Part shown: positions 12,602 to 24,478 of the stretch, one piece after another
How the letters are laid out: every line of letters starts with the position of its first letter
Position numbering within the stretch: position 1 is the stretch's first letter
Source of the DNA: an uncultured virus (IMG/VR IMGVR_UViG_3300017991_000099)
Lineage: Duplodnaviria; Heunggongvirae; Uroviricota; Caudoviricetes
IMG/VR virus record: IMGVR_UViG_3300017991_000099
Direction: 5' to 3' (one strand)
Length of the DNA: 64,000 nt
Position numbers and translations under genes: made by a program
The notes under the pieces: generated by a model
What the model was told of the DNA's origin: nothing
The model's input: only the letters and a program-made list of their open reading frames with translations
Database searches by the model: none

Positions 12602-13177
12602 TTACAATTCTTTCATCTTTTTATTCAAAGCATTCTCAATAAAGTTTTTACCGTACACCATTCCCTCGATCATATCCCATCCAGTACTGCCGATCCGATT
12701 GATTTGTTCGTCCAAGTAAAAACCAATCATACCCATCAATCCCTGCAGACGATTCTTTAAGATTTTATTCACATACTTTTCAGCGTCATCCCAGGAAGCA
12801 AATTTATATTCTCCGTCTTCCTCAATGTACTCAATACCAAGCCAATCTTCATTCATCCCGGAGCACCACTTTTGTTTAACAGGAACACCGCCAAAGTTGT
12901 GATGTAGATTTTCAATGTACACTCGATCTGCTTCCGGGACCTTAGAGTATTTAATTCCTTCTTCAGTCAAGCTATCTGGATGTACAACAATATGAGCATC
13001 AACTACGTAAGGATAGTCTTCGTTAGCTTCTGAGTCGTAATCTTTGGTATCCAGATATTCAACATAGACTGCTAGCTGGACTTCTCGTGCTTCTTCTAGA
13101 TCTGTCAAGCCACAAGTCCAGTTCGGGTCATATAGTTCTACTGCAAATTCACCAACTTCATTTTCTACGATAGGCAT
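12602..13177 (-). CDS. hypothetical acidic protein
   Basis: 191-aa ORF. Confidence 0.8.
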   Translation of the reverse strand: MPIVENEVGEFAVELYDPNWTCGLTDLEEAREVQLAVYVEYLDTKDYDSEANEDYPYVVDAHIVVHPDSLTEEGIKYSKVPEADRVYIENLHHNFGGVPVKQKWCSGMNEDWLGIEYIEEDGEYKFASWDDAEKYVNKILKNRLQGLMGMIGFYLDEQINRIGSTGWDMIEGMVYGKNFIENALNKKMKEL

Positions 13178-13410
13178 TTCATTATCTCCTTATACTCTTC
13201 TTCTGTATATTTTTTATCATTTATCCACCAAGATTTAGTTCCATTACTCCATTCAATTGCTGGTCCATTTAATCTATGTCTTTTGCCGTTAACAAACCAA
13301 ACTTTACCTCCATTATTACATTCAACAGCTGGACCATTATCTCTATGTAATTGTCCCTCAGAATTATACCAGCGTCTATTGTTGTATTGTGTAATTTCCA
13401 TATATGGCAT
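13165..13410 (-). CDS. HRxDGPA-repeat protein
   Basis: 2 repeats. Confidence 0.88.
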   Translation of the reverse strand: MPYMEITQYNNRRWYNSEGQLHRDNGPAVECNNGGKVWFVNGKRHRLNGPAIEWSNGTKSWWINDKKYTEEEYKEIMKCLS

Positions 13411-13411
13411 T

Positions 13412-13612
13412 CTATTCTCCTACAAAAACATCGGGAATGCTGTCTTCTGCATCACCAAAGATTTCTACTTCCCCCATTTCTTGTACAATAAAACCATTGG
13501 GAAAATAATCTTCTTTTTCATATTCACTAGTTTGATATGTTTCTTTTTCGATCAGTGCAGTTTTGAGATTATATCCAAGCTTTTCTGCACATAAAACAAT
13601 ATAGGTAGACAT
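13412..13612 (-). CDS. hypothetical protein
   Basis: ORF with RBS. Confidence 0.65.
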   Translation of the reverse strand: MSTYIVLCAEKLGYNLKTALIEKETYQTSEYEKEDYFPNGFIVQEMGEVEIFGDAEDSIPDVFVGE

Positions 13613-13626
13613 TTTGTTTTTCCTTT

Positions 13627-14313
13627 TTAGTGCTTCTTATATGCAACAGTCCTAACCCTCTTATCCCAACACATACGGCAGTTATTACCCAGGCAGCCTT
13701 TGTGATTAATAATGCTAGGGCAAATATGAGCTTTGTTCTTAGGTTCATGATGCCGAGTATATACAACAGCCTTAGGAAGATTCAACTCATAATCTGCAGG
13801 CTTGTCAATATACTGTGCAGAAAGACGAATTGTCATATTTTTTGGCAGCCTATGTGTCTTGAGAAATTCCTTAACTGTTGCCTCTTCTTTTGTAGGGATC
13901 CAGTGCTTAACATGTGGGGTCTTTTTCGCGACCTTGTAGATAAGCTGAAGATGTTCAACGTTAAGGATATCTCCGGAATCATGCCAACGGAAATACCACA
14001 TGCTTTCTGGATTCTTATCTGTTTCTTTGTTGATCAGAAAGACCATAGCGTCAACCCAAAGATCATGACATTCCAGATCTTTGCAGGCCTTTTTGACAGC
14101 ATTAAATCGATTCTTTTGGGCCTTTTTGACGCTGGAGTACCGATAGTTGTTTTGAGTAGCATAGCAGCCAAAACAAGTGGTGCCCTCAATTTTGGCAAGC
14201 TTACAACCAACGTTACAGGCAGTGCGAGCGGGAAGGCCATACGAAAACCCGGTCTTTGTCGTAAAGCCAATTCCCCCGGTTACCTCTCGTGCATGCTTAA
14301 TTGTCTTAATCAT
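13627..14313 (-). CDS. gp88-like (GP88 family) Cys-rich protein
   Basis: C..C...CFGCYA, FRWHDSGD, HWIPTKE, IRLSA, C-terminal CRMCW. Confidence 0.75.
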   Translation of the reverse strand: MIKTIKHAREVTGGIGFTTKTGFSYGLPARTACNVGCKLAKIEGTTCFGCYATQNNYRYSSVKKAQKNRFNAVKKACKDLECHDLWVDAMVFLINKETDKNPESMWYFRWHDSGDILNVEHLQLIYKVAKKTPHVKHWIPTKEEATVKEFLKTHRLPKNMTIRLSAQYIDKPADYELNLPKAVVYTRHHEPKNKAHICPSIINHKGCLGNNCRMCWDKRVRTVAYKKH

Positions 14314-14387
14314 TTTCTTTTCTCCTGTGTGTGTTTTTTGCTTCTGCTAATATATACAAAAGTACTGTCGAAAATTTTGTAGGTATT

Positions 14388-14912
14388 TCAATTTTTTGTT
14401 GCGATGATCAGTTTTCCTTTTCTTGTGACATTGCCTTTACCGAATACGTTTTCAATTTCTTGTACATAGTCTTGAGTAGGCCGGTTTTCTTGCCAACAAT
14501 CTTCTTTTGTTTTCTTTCCTTTTCCTGACTTATTGCCTTCATATACAGTCAGATAGAGGATTCCGCCCTTTTGCAGACGATTACGCATAAGGACCAGGGA
14601 TACACGCCGATCTCCACTTTTTTGGATAACGTTTAGAACATTGCTGCACAGGACTACGTTAGCATGTTGCATAGGGATAAGGAAAGAGGCCCTGCTGTTT
14701 TCATTTGATGTTCTGTTGTAGGGATCAAAGCCTGCATAGATCAGATCGTAGTTGTCCAGGATTGCAGCTTTAGTAGTCTCCGGGTATTTTCCACAGCCAA
14801 AATCGAATACATGTTGTCCGTCGTGAAATCCGTTAACCTTTTCCACGAGCTTAACGATAGCCGGAGCCTTTGTTTTGTTAATGCTTGTGTTGGCGCTTGT
14901 GATTGTACTCAT
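14388..14912 (-). CDS. class I SAM-dependent methyltransferase
   Basis: VFDFGCGK motif I, FDPY, VLCSNVLNVI. Confidence 0.8.
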   Translation of the reverse strand: MSTITSANTSINKTKAPAIVKLVEKVNGFHDGQHVFDFGCGKYPETTKAAILDNYDLIYAGFDPYNRTSNENSRASFLIPMQHANVVLCSNVLNVIQKSGDRRVSLVLMRNRLQKGGILYLTVYEGNKSGKGKKTKEDCWQENRPTQDYVQEIENVFGKGNVTRKGKLIIATKN

Positions 14913-14980
14913 TTGTCTTTTCTCCTGTGTGTGTGCTTATATAGACAAATGTCAACTTAAAAATTTCGGATGTTTTTTTA

Positions 14981-15727
14981 TTAATCTTCCTCTCCATCAA
15001 TAAATTTCTTATCCGATAATTCTTGTGTTTTCATATTCAGAATACAATAGAACACTTCATCCCATTCAAGGCGATACATATTTTCTCCCTGGTCAATAAT
15101 TTTTCGAATAGTCAGATAAGCCAGGGACTTTTCTCCAAGACAATTCTTTACTGTTTCTTCGATCTTTTTAAGTGTTTCCGGGTCTATGTTGAGTCTATCT
15201 GCCCGTTTTTGCAATTCCTTTTTATTGATGTTATTTCGTGTTTTGACGAGCCCTTTCAATTCTTCAACAAGCTTGGTGTTATCTTCTGTATCGAGAGATT
15301 TTTCAAAGGCATCGGCAGCTTTGGTAATTGAATATGTAAGGCTTGAAAGTTCATATGCGTTACATACGATTTGATGATTCATATCTGCAACCATCTTCAT
15401 AAGTGGAATGTCTTTTTCTGTTTGTGGTTCTGGCATATTGTGTACATTGTCTTCAAAGAACCATCCCTGATCACGAGAAGAACGCGATGGGGCTTCAAAT
15501 TCAGTTGGTTTCCCTGCAAGTTTATAACAAGCTTCGTGATAAGCTTCTGGATTACTGCCGATATCGTATTCATCCAGGCGACCGTAGCCATCATATTCGC
15601 CTTTGAGGATAGAGCCATCTGCTATAAGTGCGACACCTTGAGTCATCCATTCATTTTTATCTTCCGTAGCGTCTTGGCACAAAAGCGGGTGACCACAAAC
15701 TTTACAATCCCAACTAAAGAAACCCAT
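14981..15727 (-). CDS. hypothetical phage protein
   Basis: MGFFSWDCKVC, GEYDGYGR; promoter and RBS. Confidence 0.8.
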   Translation of the reverse strand: MGFFSWDCKVCGHPLLCQDATEDKNEWMTQGVALIADGSILKGEYDGYGRLDEYDIGSNPEAYHEACYKLAGKPTEFEAPSRSSRDQGWFFEDNVHNMPEPQTEKDIPLMKMVADMNHQIVCNAYELSSLTYSITKAADAFEKSLDTEDNTKLVEELKGLVKTRNNINKKELQKRADRLNIDPETLKKIEETVKNCLGEKSLAYLTIRKIIDQGENMYRLEWDEVFYCILNMKTQELSDKKFIDGEED

Positions 15728-15967
15728 TTTTTTCTCCTGTGTGTGTTTTAAATAAATAAACTCTCACTTTCTATATAGACAAATGAGAGTTTAAAAATTT
15801 AGAGATTATTTTAGAATTTATATCAAGATTGTTCAATTAATATTATTTCGCCAAGAGAAGCACCATTTTCCATAAACCATTCATCCGCATACATAGATTC
15901 TAGCACACTTTCTTTATCGTACCCCTTCATTTTATTTCTGTTGGCTTTTGATTTTCTCCTGTTTAAA

Positions 15968-16366
15968 TTAATCCCACCAAGCAGAAAGAACAGTATCATT
16001 CATAGTTCGTTCGTCAGCATAGGAAGCAAAATTAGCAAAGTCAATAACATCTTGCTTGGTAGTTTCTCCTTCATATGTCAGACCTTCAATAGACACTCGA
16101 TAATCATCACGCTTAGGACTTACAACATATCCATCAAAAGTAAATCCTTCGTGTCCTTCTGCATATTCAATCATTTCTGCAATATTGGGAGCACTATTTT
16201 GACAGTCTTCCGGGTCTGCAAATCCTTCTTCTACAAGCAATTTAAGATCGTCAACAGTAAGATTATCAAAATGATGAATACCACCCGTAGACTTTTCCCA
16301 ATCGCAAGGCTTACCAAAGACAATAGTATCCCGACGTTCCCAGTCCTTATTCAGTTCTTTACGCAT
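15968..16366 (-). CDS. hypothetical protein
   Basis: promoter and AGGAG. Confidence 0.8.
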   Translation of the reverse strand: MRKELNKDWERRDTIVFGKPCDWEKSTGGIHHFDNLTVDDLKLLVEEGFADPEDCQNSAPNIAEMIEYAEGHEGFTFDGYVVSPKRDDYRVSIEGLTYEGETTKQDVIDFANFASYADERTMNDTVLSAWWD

Positions 16367-16414
16367 TTTAGTTTCTCCTTTCTTGCCACTATATACAATT
16401 CTCAAATCAAAAAT

Positions 16415-17338
16415 TTAGAAGTTTTTTCTATTTTCTGGAGTTTTATATTCAACACCCAAAGCTTCAAAAATTTCTTCTTCTGTTTTGCCTGCGATGTGAT
16501 TTCCGTTATGTCCCCAAAGACCGTATTCGTTCAACTTATATCCCATTACATTTGCCCGATTACGCATAGAAATATTGAAATGCTTAGGTCCGGTAAAATA
16601 AAGACACATAGCACCAAAGGATTCACAACTAGCAAGACGGACTTGAACATTCATTTCACAATATCTACCAGCAATCTTTGATTCTCCTACTTCTCGTGCT
16701 GAATCTAAACACTTACCAATAATTTCAGGAATATCAACAGGGGAATTCAAAACTTCTACAACAATATCAATATCCCCAACACTTTCCTTGTGCCTGCGAA
16801 TAGAACCACACGCCTCAATACGACCAATACATTTGCCAAGATCGCAAGTAATGTCGGAAATTAGGTCGGTAGCTACATCATTTGCAGTTTCCCAGGATAC
16901 ACGGTCAGGCATATCGAGAGCATTCACACCGTCTACAATTCTTTTAGCCTTGATTGTTCCAGACTTTACGGCAGCCACAACATCTTCAACAGTATGAATT
17001 CCCTGATCCCAAAACTTCAATGCGGTTTTTGCTCCGATACCGCTAATACTCATAAGTTCGAGTTTATCCCCATGTTCTTTTGTCAGTTCATCTAGGAGAT
17101 TACAAGTTCCGGTTAGCATAATATTTGCAATTTTCAGGGCAATACTTTCACCAACTCCATCAATAGACTCATATGACATAACCCCTTCAAAGTATTCTGT
17201 ACTAAGTTCTTTGATAGCGTCGGCAGCCCGGTCATATGCTGCACACTTAAAATGATTTTCTCCATCGAGCCTACAGAGATTTCCAAGGTCTTTCAGTTTT
17301 TTTACAAGTTCGTCTTTTGTTATTGTTGTTGCAGTCAT
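16415..17338 (-). CDS. polX: family X DNA polymerase
   Basis: HhH motifs, GSIRR..VGDIDIV, YFTGPKHFN, LNEYGL. Confidence 0.93.
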   Translation of the reverse strand: MTATTITKDELVKKLKDLGNLCRLDGENHFKCAAYDRAADAIKELSTEYFEGVMSYESIDGVGESIALKIANIMLTGTCNLLDELTKEHGDKLELMSISGIGAKTALKFWDQGIHTVEDVVAAVKSGTIKAKRIVDGVNALDMPDRVSWETANDVATDLISDITCDLGKCIGRIEACGSIRRHKESVGDIDIVVEVLNSPVDIPEIIGKCLDSAREVGESKIAGRYCEMNVQVRLASCESFGAMCLYFTGPKHFNISMRNRANVMGYKLNEYGLWGHNGNHIAGKTEEEIFEALGVEYKTPENRKNF

Positions 17339-17341
17339 ACT

Positions 17342-17728
17342 TTACTCCCATACGATTTTTGCGGTTTGTTCGGTAATTGTTCCGTTGTCAAAAATATATC
17401 GCCATCTCTCATGTTCCTCACCTACACAGCTAATCATAGGTTTTGGATCGTTATCTCGGATAAATGGGGCAATAGTGTTAAATAGAATTTCATCGTCACC
17501 CAACTTTTCACCTTCAAAGTATTCAAGAGTCAGGTTGCCTTCTAGATCAAAATTGCTAGAATATCTCCATGCGCTAAATGCTTCTTGGAGATTTTCACGT
17601 TCTCCTTTTTCAACCCAGGACCATGAACGATCCTTTTCTTGCAGCTTATTGATAGCCTTAAGACAATCCTCAACCTTATCAGCAGGAATTACAACATTAT
17701 CAATTTCGATTTGAACGTAATATCCCAT
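17342..17728 (-). CDS. hypothetical protein
   Basis: ORF with RBS. Confidence 0.8.
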   Translation of the reverse strand: MGYYVQIEIDNVVIPADKVEDCLKAINKLQEKDRSWSWVEKGERENLQEAFSAWRYSSNFDLEGNLTLEYFEGEKLGDDEILFNTIAPFIRDNDPKPMISCVGEEHERWRYIFDNGTITEQTAKIVWE

Positions 17729-17829
17729 TTTTAAATCCTTTCCAACTCTTCAACCGCTCTTCTGTGTGTTAAAAACTCCTATTCGCACTTATATAGACAA
17801 ATAGGAGTCTTAAAAATTCGTATCTTTTT

Positions 17830-18126
17830 TTATTTAATTTTAAGTGCTCGAACAATTCCTGAAACTAGAGCATCTTGATTTAGGCCATTATACTTATACG
17901 TATAGGCAGTAATCATAGCTTCTTCTAAACTGCCAAGAGAATGACGAATATCTTCTCCGGCAACATAAGGATGAAACAACCGAGAATTTTTATTTGATTT
18001 CTCGTTATAGCTTTCATACTCAACAACAGAAATATCCCCGCACTGATGAACATAGAGAACACGACCCCAAGGGAATTTCTCTACTTGCTTATCTGTTATT
18101 CCGTTTTTGAATTTCTTAGCCTGCAT
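17830..18126 (-). CDS. hypothetical protein
   Basis: promoter and RBS. Confidence 0.75.
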   Translation of the reverse strand: MQAKKFKNGITDKQVEKFPWGRVLYVHQCGDISVVEYESYNEKSNKNSRLFHPYVAGEDIRHSLGSLEEAMITAYTYKYNGLNQDALVSGIVRALKIK

Positions 18127-18200
18127 TTTATTTCTCCTTCCCTATATATACAAAAGTCATGTAGAAAATTTCGTAATAAAGTTCCTAAAACTAATAGGTT

Positions 18201-18710
18201 TTAACTTTTCCCTGAGAATAGTGCTGCGAGACCTTCTTGACGGTGAATAAGATCGGTTACTTTATTCTTATCAACTGCTCCTTCATATCCAAGCAACTGA
18301 TCCACCCAACGATCAGGACAAAAACCTCTCCATTCCACATATACCGTCTTCTTATTTTCTCGAACGACGACATAGTAAGCTCGTCCATCAGCAACATTAA
18401 CATTAAACATTTTATTCTTTAGGGTCTTGGCCTTCTTTGACTTTTCCTTTGCCTTTTCGAATTCAGCTGTAACAAAATTATCAAACTCATTTTCACCAGG
18501 GGCAGAAAGTGGGATATCTACAATCTCAATATCTTCATACTTCACCTTATATGAGTTTGGGAGGACAGCATCCTGAATAACAACATACCCTTCCTTCCAG
18601 AGTTTTTTAGAGTCTCTGTTGTAACGTTCCATAATCCCATAACGCCAAGGTGATCTCTTCTGTTCCTTGTAGCGGTACTTAATTTGGTAATGATCAGGCA
18701 TATCAGACAT
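18201..18710 (-). CDS. hypothetical protein
   Basis: ORF with RBS. Confidence 0.8.
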   Translation of the reverse strand: MSDMPDHYQIKYRYKEQKRSPWRYGIMERYNRDSKKLWKEGYVVIQDAVLPNSYKVKYEDIEIVDIPLSAPGENEFDNFVTAEFEKAKEKSKKAKTLKNKMFNVNVADGRAYYVVVRENKKTVYVEWRGFCPDRWVDQLLGYEGAVDKNKVTDLIHRQEGLAALFSGKS

Positions 18711-18726
18711 TTTCTATTATCCTTTC

Positions 18727-19485
18727 TTAGGCGATAGACATAGTATTGCGTGAGTATCCATTTGCTTCTGCAGTTTTAGTCCAGTCGATTTGAGAGTATT
18801 TGATTTTAATTGTTGACGTTGGCCCGGTATAACAAACAAAATAACGCTTTCTCTTTGGCCTTTGAACAACTTCGAAAGGACCAGCAGTGCCCATATAACG
18901 CCATCCACCCTTAAGAAAGATCTTATCCCCTTCCTTAATCTTTCCTCTGGCGTCATAAAAATTGCAGGCAGCATTATATTGTTTAAGTGTGTGTTCGTCC
19001 ATGATTTTATGTGCGATTGTAATTCCAGGAACAATATCCAAGGTAGCCACTTCAGCAATAGGTTTAAGGTGTTTAGCGGATTTTGTAACACCAGTGCTTG
19101 AACCTTGAATAACATAATCGGTCCAAAGATTCCCGTCAGTGCCGCCAGATACAGAAAGGACATACTTCTGCCCGTTGATTTGAAGATGGACATAAGAATA
19201 TCCAGATTTTTCGGTATTCAGCATAATTTTGGATTTAGGGACGATAAAGGTGTAGGAAATTCCAGGCTTTTCTACCCACCACTTTCCTCTAGAGCGGGAG
19301 TAGTATTTAAAGCTTAGAATTTCTTTGTGAGTTTGTGCAATGTTGGGATGATCGAAACGTGAAGCAGGCGATCCATATTCAACAGGCACCTTTATCATAA
19401 GATAGGGGCCTTCGGGGAATTTGATTTCGTATGTCCCCTCTTCATTTGTGTACATGTTGTTTTCAATTTCGCATAGATTAATCAT
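18727..19485 (-). CDS. hypothetical protein
   Basis: CAGGAG RBS before MINLCE. Confidence 0.8.
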   Translation of the reverse strand: MINLCEIENNMYTNEEGTYEIKFPEGPYLMIKVPVEYGSPASRFDHPNIAQTHKEILSFKYYSRSRGKWWVEKPGISYTFIVPKSKIMLNTEKSGYSYVHLQINGQKYVLSVSGGTDGNLWTDYVIQGSSTGVTKSAKHLKPIAEVATLDIVPGITIAHKIMDEHTLKQYNAACNFYDARGKIKEGDKIFLKGGWRYMGTAGPFEVVQRPKRKRYFVCYTGPTSTIKIKYSQIDWTKTAEANGYSRNTMSIA

Positions 19486-19544
19486 TTGTCTATTCTCCTG
19501 TGTATTGTTGACCTGCATATATAGACAAAAGCAAAGTCGAAAAT

Positions 19545-20195
19545 TTAGCGATAATTTGCAGTCATTTTTCCTTTTTGTGCTTTAGGTCCGTATGTTGCCT
19601 TTACATAGTTACCCCCACTGCCAGCCTCATAGGAATCGCCATTATATTCATCATTTCCTACGATTTGACCGCCAGTACCCCTAGTCCATTTAACGGTGCT
19701 TAGGATCTTAAAGAATACCTTACCCAATTCATGTTGTTTAGCTCTTTCGCAGGCATGATTATTTTCGTCAACATGCCAGATAATAGTTTTATTTTGATCG
19801 TTAAAAGAGATAGAAGTTTCCTCAAAATGAATACAAAACTTCTTACGATCAATGTTAGGCTTAAAATCTTTCTTCTTGGGTTTAGGTGGACGTTTATTGC
19901 CCATACTGTAAGAGTTATAAACTTTTCCTTCCGGATCAAGTTCTTCTGTATATTCTACTCTATGTCCAAAAGAATAATGAGCACAATTAACAAACGAACA
20001 ACCTTGATAAATTTGTTGCCAATTCACATTTCGTTTACCCTTGGCAGCAGCAATCATCTTTTCATATACTTTAAGAGCGTTGATATAGTAGTTATCCCAA
20101 TACTCTTTATATGCTGCAATCATTTGCTTTTTGACCCGACGATATTCAGCACAAGATAGTTTAAATTCTCCACGTTCCCATTCATAGCAAGACAT
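19545..20195 (-). CDS. hypothetical protein
   Basis: start MSCYEWE after GGAG. Confidence 0.8.
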   Translation of the reverse strand: MSCYEWERGEFKLSCAEYRRVKKQMIAAYKEYWDNYYINALKVYEKMIAAAKGKRNVNWQQIYQGCSFVNCAHYSFGHRVEYTEELDPEGKVYNSYSMGNKRPPKPKKKDFKPNIDRKKFCIHFEETSISFNDQNKTIIWHVDENNHACERAKQHELGKVFFKILSTVKWTRGTGGQIVGNDEYNGDSYEAGSGGNYVKATYGPKAQKGKMTANYR

Positions 20196-20199
20196 AATT

Positions 20200-23100
20200 T
20201 TATTCTCCAAAAATGTTTCCAAAACCCCATCCACTATAATAAATATATGATTCAGTGCCTTTAAGAAAAAGATTTTTTGGTTCGTCTTGGATAAATTTCA
20301 TTGCTTCTTCATATGTTTTATGATCGAAGCCAACCCATAAACGCATTCCAATTCCAATCTTCCCATACCAAAAAATAATTTTTCCTATTCTTTTTTCTTC
20401 TCCTGTTTCTGGATTCCTACCCATCATTATTGGCCGCTTCCCTTGTTGGACCTTATCGTAGTCATATTTCTGGTACTCTACATCTTTATTTATCGAAAAA
20501 TGTAGATGATTCATTAATAGGGGTAGTTCTTTTGTTGGCTGTGGAGGTTTCAGTGGTTGTGGTTGTTCCATTTTGTTTCTCCTGTGTGTTTAATGACCTG
20601 CTTGTATATACAAAAGTTATGTCGAAAATTTCAATGTAATCTTGAAAAATCTGTCTCTAGGAATTCCTCAAAGGTATATTTTTCTTCCGTGTTTTGGTGG
20701 ATTTTTGTAATAGATACAGTTTTCTCAGCCATATCAATTTTATAGAGAAAGTCAATATCTCCATGTTGACCATCTGTAACTTCATATGCCCCTACCTTCC
20801 AACCTGTAAATGAATTTTCTGGTTCGTTGGATGCCATATCGTCTTTTGCATATTCATTGTTGCCAAGGATAATCAGCCAAGATGCACCCTGAGAAACATT
20901 AGGTCGAATCTTTCCCTCAACAAGCCAGCCAACAAAGACTTTAAGGGATTCGGCAGTAACAGAACGATAACCGTCACAATGCCGATAAAACCATTGCTCT
21001 GAATACTTATCCTTAACCAACACATTACAGCGAGTAGACATATTTTCTCCTTATTAAACTAGAATTGTATCTGTCTTATAATCAGGATCAATTTCCCATT
21101 CCATAATTTCTGTGCTTGGAATATCAGCATGTTCCTCATTCGGACTAGGCTCAAAATCATAATTCATATCTTGCAAAACAGTCTCAATATCTGTTTTGTT
21201 AGTATCTACTGTCACAATTAACTTTGTCTTAACCAGAACACGATATTGTTTAATTTTAGACATTGTTATTTTCCTTTAATAGGGAAATCATTTTTTCTGC
21301 ATGTGCTTTTTGTCTTTGGTAGCCTTCGATCATATTCTTTGCAACATCTTCAGGTACTTTATCTACTTCTTCCCATTTTGAGATAGGCCAATCAAGATCC
21401 CGGCAAAGTTCATAAAGATATTCATCTATTTCTTCTGCATCAATAGATTTCCACCATTCGTATTCAATGAGAGTTCCTTGGTGACCGGGACCATGCATAA
21501 CTGAAAATTTTATCCAGGGCATTACTCTGTCTCCAAATCTTCAAGCCCACCCTTCTCGTATTGCTGCTGAACGTGCCACATAGCATCACACCAATATGTT
21601 TGTTTTCCTCTTACAATAACAAATGCTCCACCGCCAAATTCGTCAATGCGGGGTTTTGAACAGGTGTAGGCCCAAGAAGCATAGAATGGTTTATCAATTT
21701 CCAGTTCTTCGATTAATGCTCTTGCAATTGCTTCCATATGCTCAGTATTAATGCTTTCGTCTTCATGGAACCAAACACCATCATCTTCTACTTCTGCCTG
21801 ACAATTACAATACCCAATTTCTTCATCATCCTCAAGTTCTTTAACAACCCGATCAATGATGGTCTGTGCCTTGTCGATCTTGTCCTTGGGAATTTCCAGA
21901 AACGATGAGCTTTCACAATAATTATTAGCCATTTTTCTTTTCTCCTGTGTGTGTTGATCTGCCTATATATACAAATGCTACTTCAAAAACTTTCCTTTAT
22001 TCTTCAATCTTTTCAAATACTTCTGGCCGATTTTCTTTCAACCACCTCATAGCATCATTTGAATCAACACTACAGCCGAAGCCCATAGTTTCAACTTTCC
22101 CACGAACCTCAATATAGGCAAACATAGCTGTAACATTTTCATTATGTTCTGCTTCATCCATGGCAATTTCATCTGTTGCATATCCAAACTTCCAATCTTC
22201 TGCCGCTACATTCAAAATCTCTGTTTCAGAAGCGTTTTCAAACCAACGAACGGCATCAAACTCAACCTCTGAAGCATGATCATCCGAATGACACTCTGCT
22301 TTAATCAACATTTTCTTTTCTCCTGTGTGTTTTCTGACATACATATATACAAATCTGGTTGTGAAAATTTAGGAAAGAAGTCGCTTAATTTCTCTGAATT
22401 TGTATCCGTCAGAAATAAGACATTGAATTTTGGTCTTCAACTGTCCAACACCAATCTCAGTTAGAGGCTTATATGACTTAATAGTGTTATCCATATTTTT
22501 CATAGACTGTTCAAAGAAAGAAATCCGTTCCCCATCATCAGAATCGCAAGCCTCAACAATCAGAGCATTGCCATCTTTATCAGGGGCAAAACCAATACAA
22601 CCACAATCAAAACGGACAAGATTCATTTTATTCAACTCCTTTAATAACAATAGCTTTTGGATAATTTTTCTTTGCTTCATTAATTGTTTTATATGTACTA
22701 AGGACAGTCTCGAAAAAACGGATCATTGTATCAGACTTGTCAATATATTCGTTACCATTATTTTCGTCTCTAACAACAATATACTTATCCATTGTTCTTT
22801 CTCCCTTTCTTTATATAGACAAAACTCAACTCAATTTTTTAGCAATTTTTTCAAACAATCCCTCATGTTCTAGAAAAGTTTGATTGCCTGTTTTATAGTC
22901 AGCAACAGCGTCAATTAGCTTATTCATTTCCTTTCTGCGTTCTGGTTCTCTGTTTGCCCATTCGTCATTTCTAGCAGCAGTATTACACTTATCTCTAAAC
23001 CCTCTCGGAAAAGTAGCACCAGAAGCCATAATCAATACTGCCAACACCTGAAAAAAAATGTGATAGTATTCTTCATCCTTTTCTTCATATTTCTTATATT

Positions 23101-23323
23101 CAGTCTCAATTTTATGCCAATTCTTCTTCAAGGCCTTAGCAATACGTTTCCCATGTTCTTTGCTAATACGCCCAAGAGGATACAGCATATAGCCGCCATA
23201 ATCGTTTGGATCTTCTTTGCCTTCCATTGCTTCATCGTTAGGCACCTTGAGAATACCAGCAATAGTCCCAAGAACGTCCATAGGAGGATCGCCACCCATA
23301 ACATCATATCCAAACCAACCCAT
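20200..23323 (-). CDS. run of hypothetical genes: 20200-20571, 20631-21041, 21054-21263, 21256-21522, 21522-21932, 21997-22311, 22369-22626, 22826-23323
   Basis: co-oriented, closely packed ORFs with GGAG RBSs and cassette promoters. Confidence 0.75.
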
Positions 23324-23402
23324 TGTTCTTTCTCCCTTCTACCCTATATATACAAAAGTCAGGTAGAAAATTTCGTAGTTAAAATAGAAAAAGACAACAA
23401 TA

Positions 23403-23432
23403 GGGGCGGGTATTTCCTTTATACCCGCCCCA
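23403..23432. terminator. GC-rich hairpin terminator
   Basis: GGGGCGGGTAT...ATACCCGCCCC. Confidence 0.7.
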
Positions 23433-23449
23433 TTAGAGAAGAGAAAGAT

Positions 23450-23869
23450 TCAGAGTTCGATCCCTGAATCTGCGACAGCTTGAGCAATCTGATGTTCAGG
23501 ATTATTCAGGCAAAACTGGCGGCAATTTTCGGTAAGAACGACATATTCCTCTTTTGCCATTTTGAGCATAACAAGATGATCCCAGGAGAAGGAACGATAG
23601 CCCTTAGCATTAATATCATATACAGAGCTAAGCCGACGATCTGTGAAGTTGTATTTACGACCTTCTCCATTTTCAGTCTTCAGGTGCTTCTTGACCTTGG
23701 TACGACAGGTCATTTCCCTGAGAGTACCGGCAGCAGCAACAAGGATTTTTTCTCCTGTCTGTTGATCCTTTTCTACCTTATCATGCTTACGGATAAAGGT
23801 AGCATGGAAAATCTTGGTGCCATTCTTCTTAATCATTTCGTTTGCTTTTTCTGCGTTGATAATCTTCAT
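23450..23869 (-). CDS. SH3/WYL_2 (DUF2693)-like protein
   Basis: GTLREMTC...VYDINAKGYRSF motif. Confidence 0.55.
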   Translation of the reverse strand: MKIINAEKANEMIKKNGTKIFHATFIRKHDKVEKDQQTGEKILVAAAGTLREMTCRTKVKKHLKTENGEGRKYNFTDRRLSSVYDINAKGYRSFSWDHLVMLKMAKEEYVVLTENCRQFCLNNPEHQIAQAVADSGIEL

Positions 23870-24192
23870 TTCTTTTTCTCCTTTGTTTTCCTTTTCGGAC
23901 AATCGTATATACAAATCTCAAATCAAAAATTCTACAACTTTTTTCTTTTTTCTCGGACAAACATATAAACAATTTCCAGGCTGCAGATTTCGTACCTATT
24001 TCAGATTTTCTTGTTTTTTCTTTGCCAGTTTCTTTGTATTATGTATATTGTATAGGGTTTATGTTTTGTCTTTGCTATATTCAGATACATTACTATATAT
24101 GCATGTGCGAGAATCAATCCATCAATTTTTGTTGGATTCGCTCAAAATTTTAGGTGTTGGATTTGTATATGTTGGAAAAGGAGAATATAGAA

Positions 24193-24408
24193 ATGTCTAA
24201 GCTTGAGATTGATAAAAATAAAAATAGATTTTGGCGTAATGATTATGGTAAATTGCATAGATTAGATGGTCCTGCTATTGAATTTAGTGATGGATCTAAA
24301 TTTTGGTATAAAAACGGTCAAAGACATAGAGAAGATGGTCCTGCCGTTGAATGTAACAATGGATATAAAGCTTGGATGATTAATAATATTGAATATAAAA
24401 AAGATTGA
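24193..24408 (+). CDS. HRxDGPA-repeat protein
   Basis: 2 repeats. Confidence 0.85.
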   Translation: MSKLEIDKNKNRFWRNDYGKLHRLDGPAIEFSDGSKFWYKNGQRHREDGPAVECNNGYKAWMINNIEYKKD

Positions 24409-24478
24409 ATTTAATAAAAAGTTGCTAAATTTTCTACTTGAGTTTTGTATCTATGCAGCAGAATAGGAGAATATAGGA